A stretch of 64,000 nucleotides of DNA from Bacillota bacterium (GCA_019428945.1 JAHYJM010000005.1:1562-65561), one strand, 5' to 3'. Positions 19,072 to 29,702 are shown, numbered from the stretch's first letter. Notes: generated from the sequence alone by a model not told the origin. Numbers and translations are program-made.

Positions 19072-20326
19072 AAGGGTTATCCTGGTTGTTGTCGTTACCG
19101 TTATTGCTACTGAGCTTTTTATTGTAACTGATATAGGGCCTTTTCGATTTTCAATTGGCACTGTTGTTTTTGTCTACGCTATTCTCAGCCTCAACCACAT
19201 CTTGATCATCCCAACAGCTGTAATGGTTGCATTCTCAACTCTTCTTCTCAGGGTTGGGTTGGACTACTTCTTTTGGCTTCCCCGCGAATATTTTAATTTT
19301 ATGGTCGCTCACCAGTATTCTGGTGTAGTTTATTTTATGCTTCTCGCTTTAATTTTAAAGTTAGGCGGTATAAGAGAAGGCACAAGAAATATATCATTAA
19401 CCCTGGTGCTCTATCTTGGTGGAGCAGTAATTCTGTCTAACCTGGCTGAAGCGCTGGTAAGGGTTTCTTCGGTTGATATTTTTACTTTAGTAAATCTGAT
19501 TATTTTAATCCTTATGTCTTCTGTACAGGTATTTCTGGTCACCAGCCTGGTTAACATCAGCCAGTTTCAGAAAACCCTGGTCATGGATGAACAGCAGCGT
19601 GTCAGTTATGAAAAGATGCTGATCATCGCTTCCGAGCTTTATGATGAGCTATTTTATATGCAGAAATCAATGGAAAACATAGAAAATATTATGGCTAAAA
19701 GTTACAATTTACACAAGCGTTTAAAAGAACTCAAGCTTGCCGACAGGTCTTTTGAACATTCTGCTCTCGAAATTGCGGAAGAAGTGCATGAAGTAAAAAA
19801 AGATACAATCCGTATTCTGGCCGGTTTGGGTGAAGCGCTCAAAATCAGAAAAGAAAAACCGGTTATGAACCTCTCTGAGATACTTGACCTTGTCATTAAA
19901 ACCAACCGTAGTTACAGTCAGAGTCTCGATAAGAAAATTCAGTACAGTCTGAGGATCGAAGAAGATCTTGAAGTTGAGCAGATCTACCCACTGCTGGCAA
20001 TTCTTAACAACCTGGTTTCTAACGCGGTCGAAGCAATAACATCTGAGGGGTTAATTCACCTGGTGATCAGGTGCAGAAACTCTATCCTGAGAATATATGT
20101 TTGTGACAACGGCGAACCAATAAAGGATCGTGACAGAAACCTTATGTTCGAACCCGGTTACACCACCAAGTTTTCAGCCGAAGGAGTTCCATCGACAGGC
20201 ATAGGTCTTGCTTATGTCAAAGGCCTGGTGGAAAACTTCAGGGGCAGGGTTGTGTACAGGAAAATTAAAGAAGAAAAATGTTTTATTGTTATGATTCCAG
20301 CTGGAAGTATTTCCGGAGGCCAATAA
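18974..20326 (+). CDS. Membrane sensor histidine kinase, GlnK/YcbA-like (true start probably downstream, e.g. 19022)
   Basis: Multiple TM helices, H-box EEVHEVKKD, N-box NNLVSNAVEA, DNG, FEPGYTTK, GIGL. Confidence 0.85.
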   Translation: MVSSIKRLLTWVTDSIMRVWGRISEYLLKPLNKRVILVVVVTVIATELFIVTDIGPFRFSIGTVVFVYAILSLNHILIIPTAVMVAFSTLLLRVGLDYFFWLPREYFNFMVAHQYSGVVYFMLLALILKLGGIREGTRNISLTLVLYLGGAVILSNLAEALVRVSSVDIFTLVNLIILILMSSVQVFLVTSLVNISQFQKTLVMDEQQRVSYEKMLIIASELYDELFYMQKSMENIENIMAKSYNLHKRLKELKLADRSFEHSALEIAEEVHEVKKDTIRILAGLGEALKIRKEKPVMNLSEILDLVIKTNRSYSQSLDKKIQYSLRIEEDLEVEQIYPLLAILNNLVSNAVEAITSEGLIHLVIRCRNSILRIYVCDNGEPIKDRDRNLMFEPGYTTKFSAEGVPSTGIGLAYVKGLVENFRGRVVYRKIKEEKCFIVMIPAGSISGGQ

Positions 20327-20327
20327 G

Positions 20328-21254
20328 ATGAATGATTTTACTTTTTTCATAATTGACGATGACCTTGCCTGCCGTCGGATCCTGTCACAGATTATTGAAG
20401 ATGAAAGTCTTGGTGAAGTGATTGGCGAACTGCCTGATGGGCATGGTAATGTTGTCGGAACAATATTATACCATCAGCCCGAGGTGCTGCTTGTTGACCT
20501 CTTAATGCCGGGTAAAGATGGAATAGAGATTGTTGAACAGCTCAGAGATAGAAACTACCGGGGTAAAATTGTGATGATATCGCAGGTGGAAAAAAAGGAA
20601 ATGGTTGCCCAGGCATATGCTGCCGGTATCGAATTCTATATAAATAAGCCTGTTAACAGGGTTGAAGTTATTTCAGTAATCAAGAATATAACCGAACGTT
20701 TGAGAATGGAACGTTCATTTGAGCAAATGAGAGATTCACTCGAAGCCCTGGACCGAATCGGCAGTCTCAGAAGAGGTGCAGTATCCAGGGAAAGCAGGCA
20801 GCCCGATCAGGATATAATCAAAGAAAAAACACGTGAAATATTAGCTGATCTGGGATTGATTGGTGAACCGGGAAGCCATGATCTGATCCAGGTTGTCCTG
20901 TTTTTGAATACTGTTCCCGATGTGGAGAAATATCTTGGCGAATACAGGCGCCTTAAAGATCTTTACCAGGCAGTTCAGGAAAAATATTTACGTGAAGAAG
21001 AAAAACAGACTGATGTGCGCGCTATTGAGCAGCGGGTGCGTCGTGCGATCAGGCATGCTATGGATCATGTGGCTGCCCTGGGCATTGAAGATTATAATAA
21101 CCCTACCTTTGAACGCTACGGATCAAAGTTCTTCGATTTTAATGAGCTTCGCGTGAAAATGAAAGAGTTGGAGCAGGAGATGGAGGTACCGACAAAGACC
21201 CGGGTAAACATCAAACAGTTTATAAACGCTCTTTACTGGGAAATTAAAAAGTAA
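20328..21254 (+). CDS. Response regulator, GlnL/YcbB-like
   Basis: Receiver domain (IIDDD, DLLMP, ISQV, KP) plus YcbB-like C-terminus (AIEQRVRRAI, GIEDYNNP). Confidence 0.88.
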   Translation: MNDFTFFIIDDDLACRRILSQIIEDESLGEVIGELPDGHGNVVGTILYHQPEVLLVDLLMPGKDGIEIVEQLRDRNYRGKIVMISQVEKKEMVAQAYAAGIEFYINKPVNRVEVISVIKNITERLRMERSFEQMRDSLEALDRIGSLRRGAVSRESRQPDQDIIKEKTREILADLGLIGEPGSHDLIQVVLFLNTVPDVEKYLGEYRRLKDLYQAVQEKYLREEEKQTDVRAIEQRVRRAIRHAMDHVAALGIEDYNNPTFERYGSKFFDFNELRVKMKELEQEMEVPTKTRVNIKQFINALYWEIKK

Positions 21255-21279
21255 ATTTCCCCCGACTCAAAGCCGCGCC

Positions 21280-21308
21280 TTGACTTTCAACCTTACTAAT
21301 AATACTAT
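21280..21308 (+). promoter_or_regulatory. SigmaA-type promoter of valS
   Basis: TTGACT-N17-TACTAT. Confidence 0.65.
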
Positions 21309-21419
21309 TTAAAAAGTTGATTTGGTAAACCTTATGGATGACGAAGCGGTGATTTTATGCGAGTTTTTTTATTTGAATTTCTGTCTTCTGTCTCCTAACC
21401 TAACGAGGTGACTTAATAA

Positions 21420-24101
21420 ATGTCCGAAACAACATTGCCCCCTGTTTATGACCCGGCCGCCGTTGAAGAAAAACTGTACCAGTTCTGGTTAGATGGTGAG
21501 TATTTCAAAGCGGCCCGTGAGGCAGGACGACAGACTTTTACCATTGTTATCCCCCCGCCTAACGTTACCGGTTCTCTGCATATGGGTCATGCACTCAACA
21601 ATACTGTTCAGGATATTTTAATTCGCTGGAAACGGATGCAGGGATATGATACACTCTGGCTTCCCGGTTCTGATCATGCCGGAATAGCTACTCAGACTGT
21701 AGTTGAAAAACATCTGGCCGAAGAGGGTTTAGACAGCCGTCAAATGGGACGGGAAGCTTTCATTGAGAGAGTCTGGGAGTGGAAAGAGAAATATCATGCC
21801 CGGATAACGAAGCAGCTTTATCGTCTCGGTGTATCATGTGATTGGTCCCGTGAACGCTTTACAATGGATGAAGGCTGTTCAAAAGCGGTGCGTAAAGTAT
21901 TTGTCGATCTTTACCGGCGTGGATTAATATACCGGGGAGATTACATGATTAACTGGTGTCCCCGTTGTCATACAGCCCTCTCTGATATTGAAGTTGAGCA
22001 TGAGGACGAATCTTCATCTCTCACTCATATATGTTACCCCCTTGAAGATGGCAGCGGTTCAATATCTGTTGCCACTACCCGTCCTGAAACGATGTTGGGT
22101 GATACAGGTGTGGCAGTGCATCCGGATGATAAACGTTACCGTAAACTAGTTGGCAAATATGTGATACTGCCGCTTCTTGACCGGCCCATACCAATAGTAG
22201 CTGATGAATATGTCGACCCCGAATTCGGCAGCGGAGCCGTTAAGGTTACTCCCGGACACGATCCGAACGATTTTGCTATCGGACAGCGTCATAAACTTGA
22301 TTTGATCAAGATAATTGATGAAGATGCCAGAATGACTGAAGCAGCAGGCCCTTATGCCGGTCTGGATCGTTATGAATGCCGGGAGAAAGTAGTTGCCGAT
22401 CTGCAAAAGCTGGGCGCTGTAGAAAAAATTGAGGTTTATGACCATGCTGTTGGCCGCTGCCAGCGCTGCAGCACGGTGGTAGAACCTCTTATTTCGAGAC
22501 AGTGGTTTGTAAAAATGAAGCCTCTGGCTGAACCGGCACTGCAGGTCGTAAATGATGATCTGACCCGTTTTGTGCCCCCCCGCTTCACCCGCATTTACAA
22601 AAATTGGGTTGAGAATATACGGGACTGGTGTATTTCACGCCAGATATGGTGGGGACACCGCATACCCGCTTGGTACTGTGCCTGCGGTGAAGTTATTGTT
22701 GATTATGCTGAACCGAAAAACTGTCCCTCCTGCGGTGGCAGCTCGATTGAACAGGATCCGGATGTTCTTGATACCTGGTTCAGTTCAGCCCTCTGGCCCT
22801 TTTCTACCCTGGGCTGGCCTGATGAAACACCTGATCTTAAGCATTATTACCCCACTTCAGTGCTGGTTACTGCTTATGATATTATATATTTCTGGGTTGC
22901 CAGGATGATGTTCATGGGATTAGCTTTCATGGGGGAAGTACCATTTAATACAGTTTATATAACTGGTTTGGTGCGTGATGCTCAGGGTCGTAAAATGAGT
23001 AAATCGCTTGGTAACGGTATTGATCCCCTTGAAGTTATCGAAAACTATGGTGCAGACACATTGCGGTTTACGCTCATTACCGGTCAGGCGCCCGGTAATG
23101 ACCAGCGATTTCGTCAGGAAAGCGTTGAGGCAGGGCGCAATTTTGCAAACAAGGTATGGAATGCCTCGCGGTTTGTGTTAATGAATCTTTATGATGAAGG
23201 AAGCAGCGAGCCGGATTTTCCCCGTTTCGAGCCGGAAAGCCTTCCCACCGGGCTGAACCGGGCAGACCGTTGGATTTTGCATCGATATAATGAAACTGTG
23301 ATAAAAGCGACCGCCTTGCTTGAAAAGCACGAGCTTGGTGAAGCAGCGCGCCTTATATATGAATATTTGTGGAACGATTTTTGTGACTGGTATGTAGAAA
23401 TAAGCAAATATTATTTGTACCGCACAGATGGCAGCAGTGAAGCCGATCAAGATCGCCGCCGCACCCGTTCGATGCTCTCTTACCTTCTCGACGGTGTCAT
23501 GAAACTGCTTCACCCCTTTATGCCATTTATTTCTGAGGAAATTTGGCAGCAGCTACCCTATCGTGATGGAAAAACATTAGTAAGAGCAGACTGGCCGAAA
23601 GCGCTTGACTCACTTAATTTCCCGGTTGAAGCGACAGAAATATCACTTTTGCATGAGGTAGCCAGGGCGATCAGAAACCTGCGCAGCCAGGTTAAGCTGC
23701 CGCCGGGCAAAAAAGCGGCAGTTGTTGTCCGGGCTTCAGGAAATATAGCTAAATGCCTGCAGGAAGAAAGTCATCAGCTCAACAAGCTTGCTTTTGCTGA
23801 ACCGCTGACGGTTTCGCCTGAAGCAGCAAAGCCGGAACAGGCCCTGACAGCTATTATCGGCGATGAAATTGATGTTTACCTGCCCCTGGAAGGAGTAATT
23901 GATTTCGAAGCTGAAATAAATCGCCTGCAGAAGGAACTTGGGCAGTTAGAGGTTGAAATTAAAAAAACTGAAAGTAAGCTTGGCAGCCCCGGTTTTATCA
24001 ATAAAGCACCTGCAGAAGTTGTGGAGAAAGAAAAAGCCCGCCGGGATGAGCAGGAAACAAAGCTTGTAAAACTCCGGGAACGCCTGGAGGAGCTAAACTA
24101 A
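21420..24101 (+). CDS. valS: Valine--tRNA ligase
   Basis: PPPNVTGSLHMGH, DWCISRQ, KMSKS, C-terminal coiled coil. Confidence 0.98.
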   Translation: MSETTLPPVYDPAAVEEKLYQFWLDGEYFKAAREAGRQTFTIVIPPPNVTGSLHMGHALNNTVQDILIRWKRMQGYDTLWLPGSDHAGIATQTVVEKHLAEEGLDSRQMGREAFIERVWEWKEKYHARITKQLYRLGVSCDWSRERFTMDEGCSKAVRKVFVDLYRRGLIYRGDYMINWCPRCHTALSDIEVEHEDESSSLTHICYPLEDGSGSISVATTRPETMLGDTGVAVHPDDKRYRKLVGKYVILPLLDRPIPIVADEYVDPEFGSGAVKVTPGHDPNDFAIGQRHKLDLIKIIDEDARMTEAAGPYAGLDRYECREKVVADLQKLGAVEKIEVYDHAVGRCQRCSTVVEPLISRQWFVKMKPLAEPALQVVNDDLTRFVPPRFTRIYKNWVENIRDWCISRQIWWGHRIPAWYCACGEVIVDYAEPKNCPSCGGSSIEQDPDVLDTWFSSALWPFSTLGWPDETPDLKHYYPTSVLVTAYDIIYFWVARMMFMGLAFMGEVPFNTVYITGLVRDAQGRKMSKSLGNGIDPLEVIENYGADTLRFTLITGQAPGNDQRFRQESVEAGRNFANKVWNASRFVLMNLYDEGSSEPDFPRFEPESLPTGLNRADRWILHRYNETVIKATALLEKHELGEAARLIYEYLWNDFCDWYVEISKYYLYRTDGSSEADQDRRRTRSMLSYLLDGVMKLLHPFMPFISEEIWQQLPYRDGKTLVRADWPKALDSLNFPVEATEISLLHEVARAIRNLRSQVKLPPGKKAAVVVRASGNIAKCLQEESHQLNKLAFAEPLTVSPEAAKPEQALTAIIGDEIDVYLPLEGVIDFEAEINRLQKELGQLEVEIKKTESKLGSPGFINKAPAEVVEKEKARRDEQETKLVKLRERLEELN

Positions 24102-24104
24102 ACG

Positions 24105-25460
24105 ATGAATACAGAAAAACGTTATGAAGAAGCTCTGAATTGGATTCACGGTCTCGGTCGTTTTGGAATTAAACCCGGTCTGGAAAGGATTACTGCGCTT
24201 CTTGAAATGCTTGGCAATCCGCATCATAACATTTCCTTTGTTCACATCGGAGGGACCAACGGAAAAGGTTCGACTGCTGCGATGCTGGCTTCTATTCTAA
24301 GAACAGCGGGCTTAAATATCGGCCTCTATACTTCGCCCTATCTTTTATCTTTCACAAACCGGATGGCTGTTAACGGCAGCGACATAAATCAGGGTGATCT
24401 CGCTGATCTTGTTGATGAGATTAAACCTTTAATTGATCAGATATTAAACGATCCTGAACTGGGGCAACCGACCGAATTTGAAGTTGTTACTGTTCTGGCG
24501 TTAACCTATTTTGCCCGGCAAAAAGTAGATCTGGTTGTGCTTGAAGTAGGGCTTGGTGGCAGATTGGATGCAACAAACGTTGTTATTCCAATTTTGAGTA
24601 TTATTACCAACATCAGCTTGGAGCATACGGAAATTCTTGGAGATACCATCACAAAAATTGCCGGTGAAAAAGCAGGTATCATCAAGCCTGGCAGGCCGCT
24701 CCTGACAGCCTCATCAGATGAAGAAGTTCTGAAACTATTTGAAGATCGCTGTCATGAACTTAGAGCGCCGCTTTACAGGGTTTATCCGCCAGTTGAGCAG
24801 GCTTCCTTTAAGTCTGAGCACCGCCCTGTGGCTATCTCGCAAGATATCACTCCGGAAGGTCAGTATTTTTCTTACAGAGGTTTTAAATGGGGCTTTGATC
24901 ATCTTTTTATTCGACTGCGCGGAAAATATCAGCTTGAAAATGCCTGTACTGCTCTTGCCGCAGCTGAAATAATATCCGGAAAGGGTTTTCCGATTGATGA
25001 AGAAGCTGTTCGAAAAGGGCTGGCTGAAACAGTCTGGCCGGGTCGCCTGGAACTAATGCAAAATGAGCCCCTCCTGATTATGGACGGGGCACATAACCCG
25101 GCAGCAATAGAAAAGCTGGCTGAAGCATTTCCGCTCTATTTTGATTATAGAAGACTTATACTGATTTTCGGTATGCTTGCCGATAAAGATATGGCTTCTA
25201 TGCTGAATACTATATTGCCTATTGCCGATATAGTTATTTTTACCCGCCCTTTGCTGCCGCGAGCTGCTGAACCGGAATCAGTTGCAGCTTATGCCATAGA
25301 AAAACTCGGTTACAGCAAAGAATGCTATATTGTCGGTCACTATGGCGAAGCACTGGAAAAAGCTCTGGGAATTGCCGCGCCCGGCGATGCTATCCTGGTT
25401 ACCGGGTCGCTTTATACAGTCAGCGATATACGTGCGTATTGGGTAGGGCATCGCAGATAA
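24105..25460 (+). CDS. folC: Folylpolyglutamate synthase/dihydrofolate synthase
   Basis: GTNGKGS, EVGLGGRLDATN, WPGR, DGAHN motifs. Confidence 0.96.
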   Translation: MNTEKRYEEALNWIHGLGRFGIKPGLERITALLEMLGNPHHNISFVHIGGTNGKGSTAAMLASILRTAGLNIGLYTSPYLLSFTNRMAVNGSDINQGDLADLVDEIKPLIDQILNDPELGQPTEFEVVTVLALTYFARQKVDLVVLEVGLGGRLDATNVVIPILSIITNISLEHTEILGDTITKIAGEKAGIIKPGRPLLTASSDEEVLKLFEDRCHELRAPLYRVYPPVEQASFKSEHRPVAISQDITPEGQYFSYRGFKWGFDHLFIRLRGKYQLENACTALAAAEIISGKGFPIDEEAVRKGLAETVWPGRLELMQNEPLLIMDGAHNPAAIEKLAEAFPLYFDYRRLILIFGMLADKDMASMLNTILPIADIVIFTRPLLPRAAEPESVAAYAIEKLGYSKECYIVGHYGEALEKALGIAAPGDAILVTGSLYTVSDIRAYWVGHRR

Positions 25461-25607
25461 TTCGGCAGATAATTGTTATTATTGCCAGTTTGTGAAAAGA
25501 ACCTTTTGATGCAGGAGTTTAAAGAGATATCACGAAATCATATGAGGTGTTTATTTTTCTCTGCCAAAAAGTTTCTTAAATATAACAGGAAAGGGTGAAC
25601 TAAGTTT

Positions 25608-26933
25608 ATGGGCAGCGCGGTCTTTAAAGGAGGCGTTCATCCGGACTATCATAAAGAGATAACAGCGACTATGGCTGTATCGAAGATGAAAGCCCCTTCT
25701 ACAGTAGTAATTCCTCTGCAACAGCATATTGGCGCACCCTGTGAACCTCTCGAAGGAATCGAAGAAGGTGTCCGAGTTAAAATGGGGCAAAAAATTGCCG
25801 ACAGTAGTGGTTTTGTTTCCGCTCCCATCCATGCAAGTGTATCGGGTACAATTAAAGCCATCGGCCCGTACAATCATCCCCTCGGACGTCCGGTTAATGC
25901 GATTACGATTGAGTCGGATGGACAGGAAGAGTGGGATGAGAAAGTTAAACCGGCAGGTAATCTGGAGAACCTTACCCCGGATGATCTACGCAAAATCATT
26001 CGTGAAGCCGGAATTGTCGGCTTGGGCGGAGCCACCTTCCCGGCTCATGTCAAGTTGTCGCCACCACCGGAGAAAAAAATTGATTATGTAGTTATCAACG
26101 GCGCTGAGTGTGAACCGTACCTGACAGCGGATCACCGGGTTATGCTTGAAAATCCTGAAGAAATAATCTTCGGTCTAAAAGTGATGATCAAAGCGTTGGG
26201 TGCCGAGAAAGGCGTGATCGGTATTGAAGACAATAAAGCCGATGCAATCAGGGTTATGGAGCAGGCAGTTGCCGGTGAAGATAACATAACAGTAGCCCAT
26301 TTGCATACCAAATACCCCCAGGGCGCTGAAAAAATGCTGATCCAGGTTACAACCGGGCGTATAGTACCTTCCGGCGGCCTTCCTCTTGATATAGGTGTTG
26401 TAAACCATAACGTGGGGACAGCCGTTGCCATAACAAGCACTATACGCGAAGGTAAGCCTTTAATTGAAAGAGTTGTTACAGTTACAGGTTCTGGAATCAA
26501 TAAACCGGCAAATCTTCTGGTAAAGGTGGGAACACTGGTTTCAGAAGTGCTTGATGTCTGCGGTGGTTTAAAGGAAGATACCAGAAAGCTGATCACTGGC
26601 GGCCCGATGATGGGTCTGGCCCAGCCAAATACTGATATTCCGGTGATTAAAGGTACCTCCGGAATTCTCGCCCTGACCGACCAGGATGTATATATTGCAG
26701 AAAGCAGTCCCTGTATCCGCTGTGCCAAATGTGTGGAGGCTTGTCCGGTTCAACTGCTGCCTACATCTATAGCGCAGGCAGCCGAGCATGACCTGTTTAA
26801 AAAAGCCGAAAAACTCCATGCCATGGATTGTTTTGAGTGTGGCTGCTGTTCATATGTTTGTCCTTCAAAAATACCTTTAACTCAGTTAATAAGAATTGCC
26901 AAAGCGGAAATAGCGAAAGCGAATAAAAAGTAG
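25608..26933 (+). CDS. rnfC: Rnf complex subunit C
   Basis: QHIGAP, GIVGLGGATFP, NGAECEPY, KYPQGAEK, GGPMMG, two [4Fe-4S] motifs. Confidence 0.96.
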   Translation: MGSAVFKGGVHPDYHKEITATMAVSKMKAPSTVVIPLQQHIGAPCEPLEGIEEGVRVKMGQKIADSSGFVSAPIHASVSGTIKAIGPYNHPLGRPVNAITIESDGQEEWDEKVKPAGNLENLTPDDLRKIIREAGIVGLGGATFPAHVKLSPPPEKKIDYVVINGAECEPYLTADHRVMLENPEEIIFGLKVMIKALGAEKGVIGIEDNKADAIRVMEQAVAGEDNITVAHLHTKYPQGAEKMLIQVTTGRIVPSGGLPLDIGVVNHNVGTAVAITSTIREGKPLIERVVTVTGSGINKPANLLVKVGTLVSEVLDVCGGLKEDTRKLITGGPMMGLAQPNTDIPVIKGTSGILALTDQDVYIAESSPCIRCAKCVEACPVQLLPTSIAQAAEHDLFKKAEKLHAMDCFECGCCSYVCPSKIPLTQLIRIAKAEIAKANKK

Positions 26934-26964
26934 CCTGCTTTGCAAGGGAGGGAAGTGATAGATA

Positions 26965-27930
26965 ATGGATAACAAAATGGTAGTTTCATCTTCTCCGCAT
27001 ATCAGGAGCCTTGAATCAGTTCAAAGTGTTATGATTGATGTTCTGATAGCCTTGTTTCCCGCTGCCCTGATGGCAGTGCTCCTATTTGGATACAAGGCTT
27101 TGATAACCATGATTATATCTGTGGTAACAGCAATGCTTGTAGAAGCTCTTTGGTTACGGAAGCGTGATATATTTAGCGACGGCAGCGCCGCAGTCACAGG
27201 CCTTCTGTTCGCCATGGTTCTGCCGCCAGCACCGCCGTGGTGGCTGGTAGTTGTAGGTGTGGCCTCGGCGATTATAATCGGCAAACAGGTTTTCGGCGGT
27301 ATCGGTTACAATATCTTTAACCCTGCCCTGGTTGGCAGAGCGGTTGTTGTAATGTCCTGGGGTGGTTATCTGGTTGGGCGAGTATGGTCGCAGCCGCAGC
27401 CTTTTGCCTTAACGGCAGATATTTCTGCTATAACTACGGCGACTCCGCTCGGAGGGCAGGAAGAAGCTCTCGCGGTTAGCCTGACAAACCTCTTTATAGG
27501 CAATGTGGCCGGATGCCTCGGTGAAACATCAACCCTGGCGCTTCTGCTCGGCGCTGCATGGCTCTATTACAAGGGGCATATCGATCTGCGTATACCCGGG
27601 GGATTTATTGGTGTCGTATTCATAATGGGCGCTATCTTCGGTGGAGGTTTTTACGGTGGAGCTCTGACAACAGGTCTTTTCCATGTATTGGCGGGAGGCG
27701 TAATGCTTGGTGCGCTATTCATGGCTACCGACATGGTTACAACGCCAGTTACAGCCAAGGGCAAATTAATATTTGGTATTGGTTGCGGAATTATTACAAT
27801 GATGATCAGGTTGTGGGGCACCTTGCCTGAAGGTGTTACCTTTGCCATATTATTAATGAATGCTGTAACCCCGATTATCGATAACTTTACAGTGCCACAA
27901 CAGTTTGGGGGGGTGAAGAAGAGTGCGTAA
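26965..27930 (+). CDS. rnfD: Rnf complex subunit D
   Basis: SSSPH, KQVFGGIGYNIFNPA, flavinylation site TTATPL, FMATD. Confidence 0.96.
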   Translation: MDNKMVVSSSPHIRSLESVQSVMIDVLIALFPAALMAVLLFGYKALITMIISVVTAMLVEALWLRKRDIFSDGSAAVTGLLFAMVLPPAPPWWLVVVGVASAIIIGKQVFGGIGYNIFNPALVGRAVVVMSWGGYLVGRVWSQPQPFALTADISAITTATPLGGQEEALAVSLTNLFIGNVAGCLGETSTLALLLGAAWLYYKGHIDLRIPGGFIGVVFIMGAIFGGGFYGGALTTGLFHVLAGGVMLGALFMATDMVTTPVTAKGKLIFGIGCGIITMMIRLWGTLPEGVTFAILLMNAVTPIIDNFTVPQQFGGVKKSA

Positions 27931-29071
27931 TATTATAAAACTGTCTGTTACTCTTGCTGTAGTCGGTATTATATCTGCCGCTCTTCTGACCGGTGTGTAT
28001 AATGTTACCGCTCCGATCATTGCCGAACGGCAGGAAGCGGAATACAGGCAAGCCCTGGAACTTTATTTTCCCGGCTTCGCCAGCTATGACAGCGAAGAAA
28101 TTGGCGATGATTACTTTGATTTAATCTACGATGGTTCTGATGAACTGATTGGCATTATGGGCACGATTGAGCAGCAGGGTTATGATGGAACGATAACTTA
28201 TAACCTGGCCATGGACGATTCGGGTTCAATAATCGGAGTCAGGGTTGTATCCCACTCTGAAACTCCGGGTATCGGTGACGTAATCACCACTGAAGTTTTT
28301 CAGGAACAGTTTTTCGGTAAGAACTATGAAGATCCTATCGTAGCCGGCGATGATGTTAATGCAATTACCGGCGCTACAGTCAGCAGTTCTGCAATGATAA
28401 ATTCAATCAGGCGGGTTAGCGGAGTGGTTGCGGAGAACTTCCTGGGCGTTGAATCAGTTGCGATTGATATCTCTGAAGTACCGGATGGAACTTACCAGGG
28501 ATCAGCTCCCGGCCTTGGCGGCGAATTGACTGTTGAGGTTGAGGTTTCCGATGGAGTAATTGTCAGTATTGAGGTTATTGAACACAATGAAACGCCTACT
28601 TATTTTATTGAAGCATACCCCTTTATACCTGAACAGATTATTGCTGAACAGCATTTTGATATAGATACCCAAACAGGCGCTACCATCAGTTCTGAAGCAA
28701 TAATCGAGGCTGTTCAGAATGCCCTTCGTGAGGCTCTCGGCATCGAGGTCGGAGAAGAACCGGAAGAAGAGCCTGTTGATATAAATATCAGCGAAATCCC
28801 CGACGGAATCTACGTCGGCAGTGGTGAAGGTTTTTATGGTCCGATTACTGTTGAAGTCGAAGTTGCGGGTGGGCAGATAGTCAGTATAGTGATAACCGGG
28901 CAGGATGAAACTCCGGAATATTTCAGGGAGTCGAATCCGCTGATTCCGGAACGGATAATTGAGGAACAAAGTCTTGATATCGATACAAGCACCGGAGCAA
29001 CTTTTAGCGCCAAAGGTATTGTGCAGGCTGTTCTAAACGCTCTGGACAGTGAAAGTGGAGGTGAAGACTGA
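27923..29071 (+). CDS. rnfG: Rnf complex subunit G extended with two extra FMN-binding domains
   Basis: N-terminal TM, GYDG, SETPGIG, three TGAT flavinylation motifs. Confidence 0.9.
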   Translation: MRNIIKLSVTLAVVGIISAALLTGVYNVTAPIIAERQEAEYRQALELYFPGFASYDSEEIGDDYFDLIYDGSDELIGIMGTIEQQGYDGTITYNLAMDDSGSIIGVRVVSHSETPGIGDVITTEVFQEQFFGKNYEDPIVAGDDVNAITGATVSSSAMINSIRRVSGVVAENFLGVESVAIDISEVPDGTYQGSAPGLGGELTVEVEVSDGVIVSIEVIEHNETPTYFIEAYPFIPEQIIAEQHFDIDTQTGATISSEAIIEAVQNALREALGIEVGEEPEEEPVDINISEIPDGIYVGSGEGFYGPITVEVEVAGGQIVSIVITGQDETPEYFRESNPLIPERIIEEQSLDIDTSTGATFSAKGIVQAVLNALDSESGGED

Positions 29072-29072
29072 T

Positions 29073-29702
29073 ATGAAAGCAACTAGTCCTTATATGCAGG
29101 ACCTCACCCGGGGTATAATTAAAGAGAATCCGGTCTTTATTGCCCTGCTGGGTATGTGCCCCACACTCGGGGTCACAGCATTTATTGTTAACGGTGTCGG
29201 TATGGGGCTTGCGGCAACAGCTGTATTAATTGCTTCTAACCTGGTAATTTCCCTGTTGCGCAACTTTATACCCCCACAGGTGCGCATACCCTGCTTTATC
29301 GTGATTATCGCCACTTTTGTTACTATAATTGAAATGGTCCTGCAGGCTTTTCAACCTGTATTGTACGAAGCACTTGGCGTGTTTGTACCGTTAATTGTCG
29401 TTAACTGTATCATTTTGGGCAGAGCTGAAGCATTTGCCAGCAAAAGGCCGGTAATACGATCTCTATTAGATGGCATTGGCATGGGGATCGGATTTACCCT
29501 TGCCCTTTTTATTTTAGCAGCAGTACGTGAAATACTCGGTCATGGAACTATTCTTGGCCCCGACCCGGATAGCGCCATCCATCTTTTTGGGGCAAATTTT
29601 GAACCGATGGCTCTTTTTGCTCAGCCTGCAGGTGCGTTCATTGCCCTGGGGCTACTTCTGGCCATTGTGAATTTGCTCTTTAAGCGCTTTAACATTAATT
29701 AG
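29073..29702 (+). CDS. rnfE: Rnf complex subunit E
   Basis: ENP, LGMCP, VRIP, LIVVNCIILGRAEAFA; start after GGAGGTG. Confidence 0.95.
   Translation: MKATSPYMQDLTRGIIKENPVFIALLGMCPTLGVTAFIVNGVGMGLAATAVLIASNLVISLLRNFIPPQVRIPCFIVIIATFVTIIEMVLQAFQPVLYEALGVFVPLIVVNCIILGRAEAFASKRPVIRSLLDGIGMGIGFTLALFILAAVREILGHGTILGPDPDSAIHLFGANFEPMALFAQPAGAFIALGLLLAIVNLLFKRFNIN

Noticed and set aside
25461..25607. Rex operator upstream of rnfC
   Set aside because: Only a half-site (TTGTGAA) with no matching inverted half
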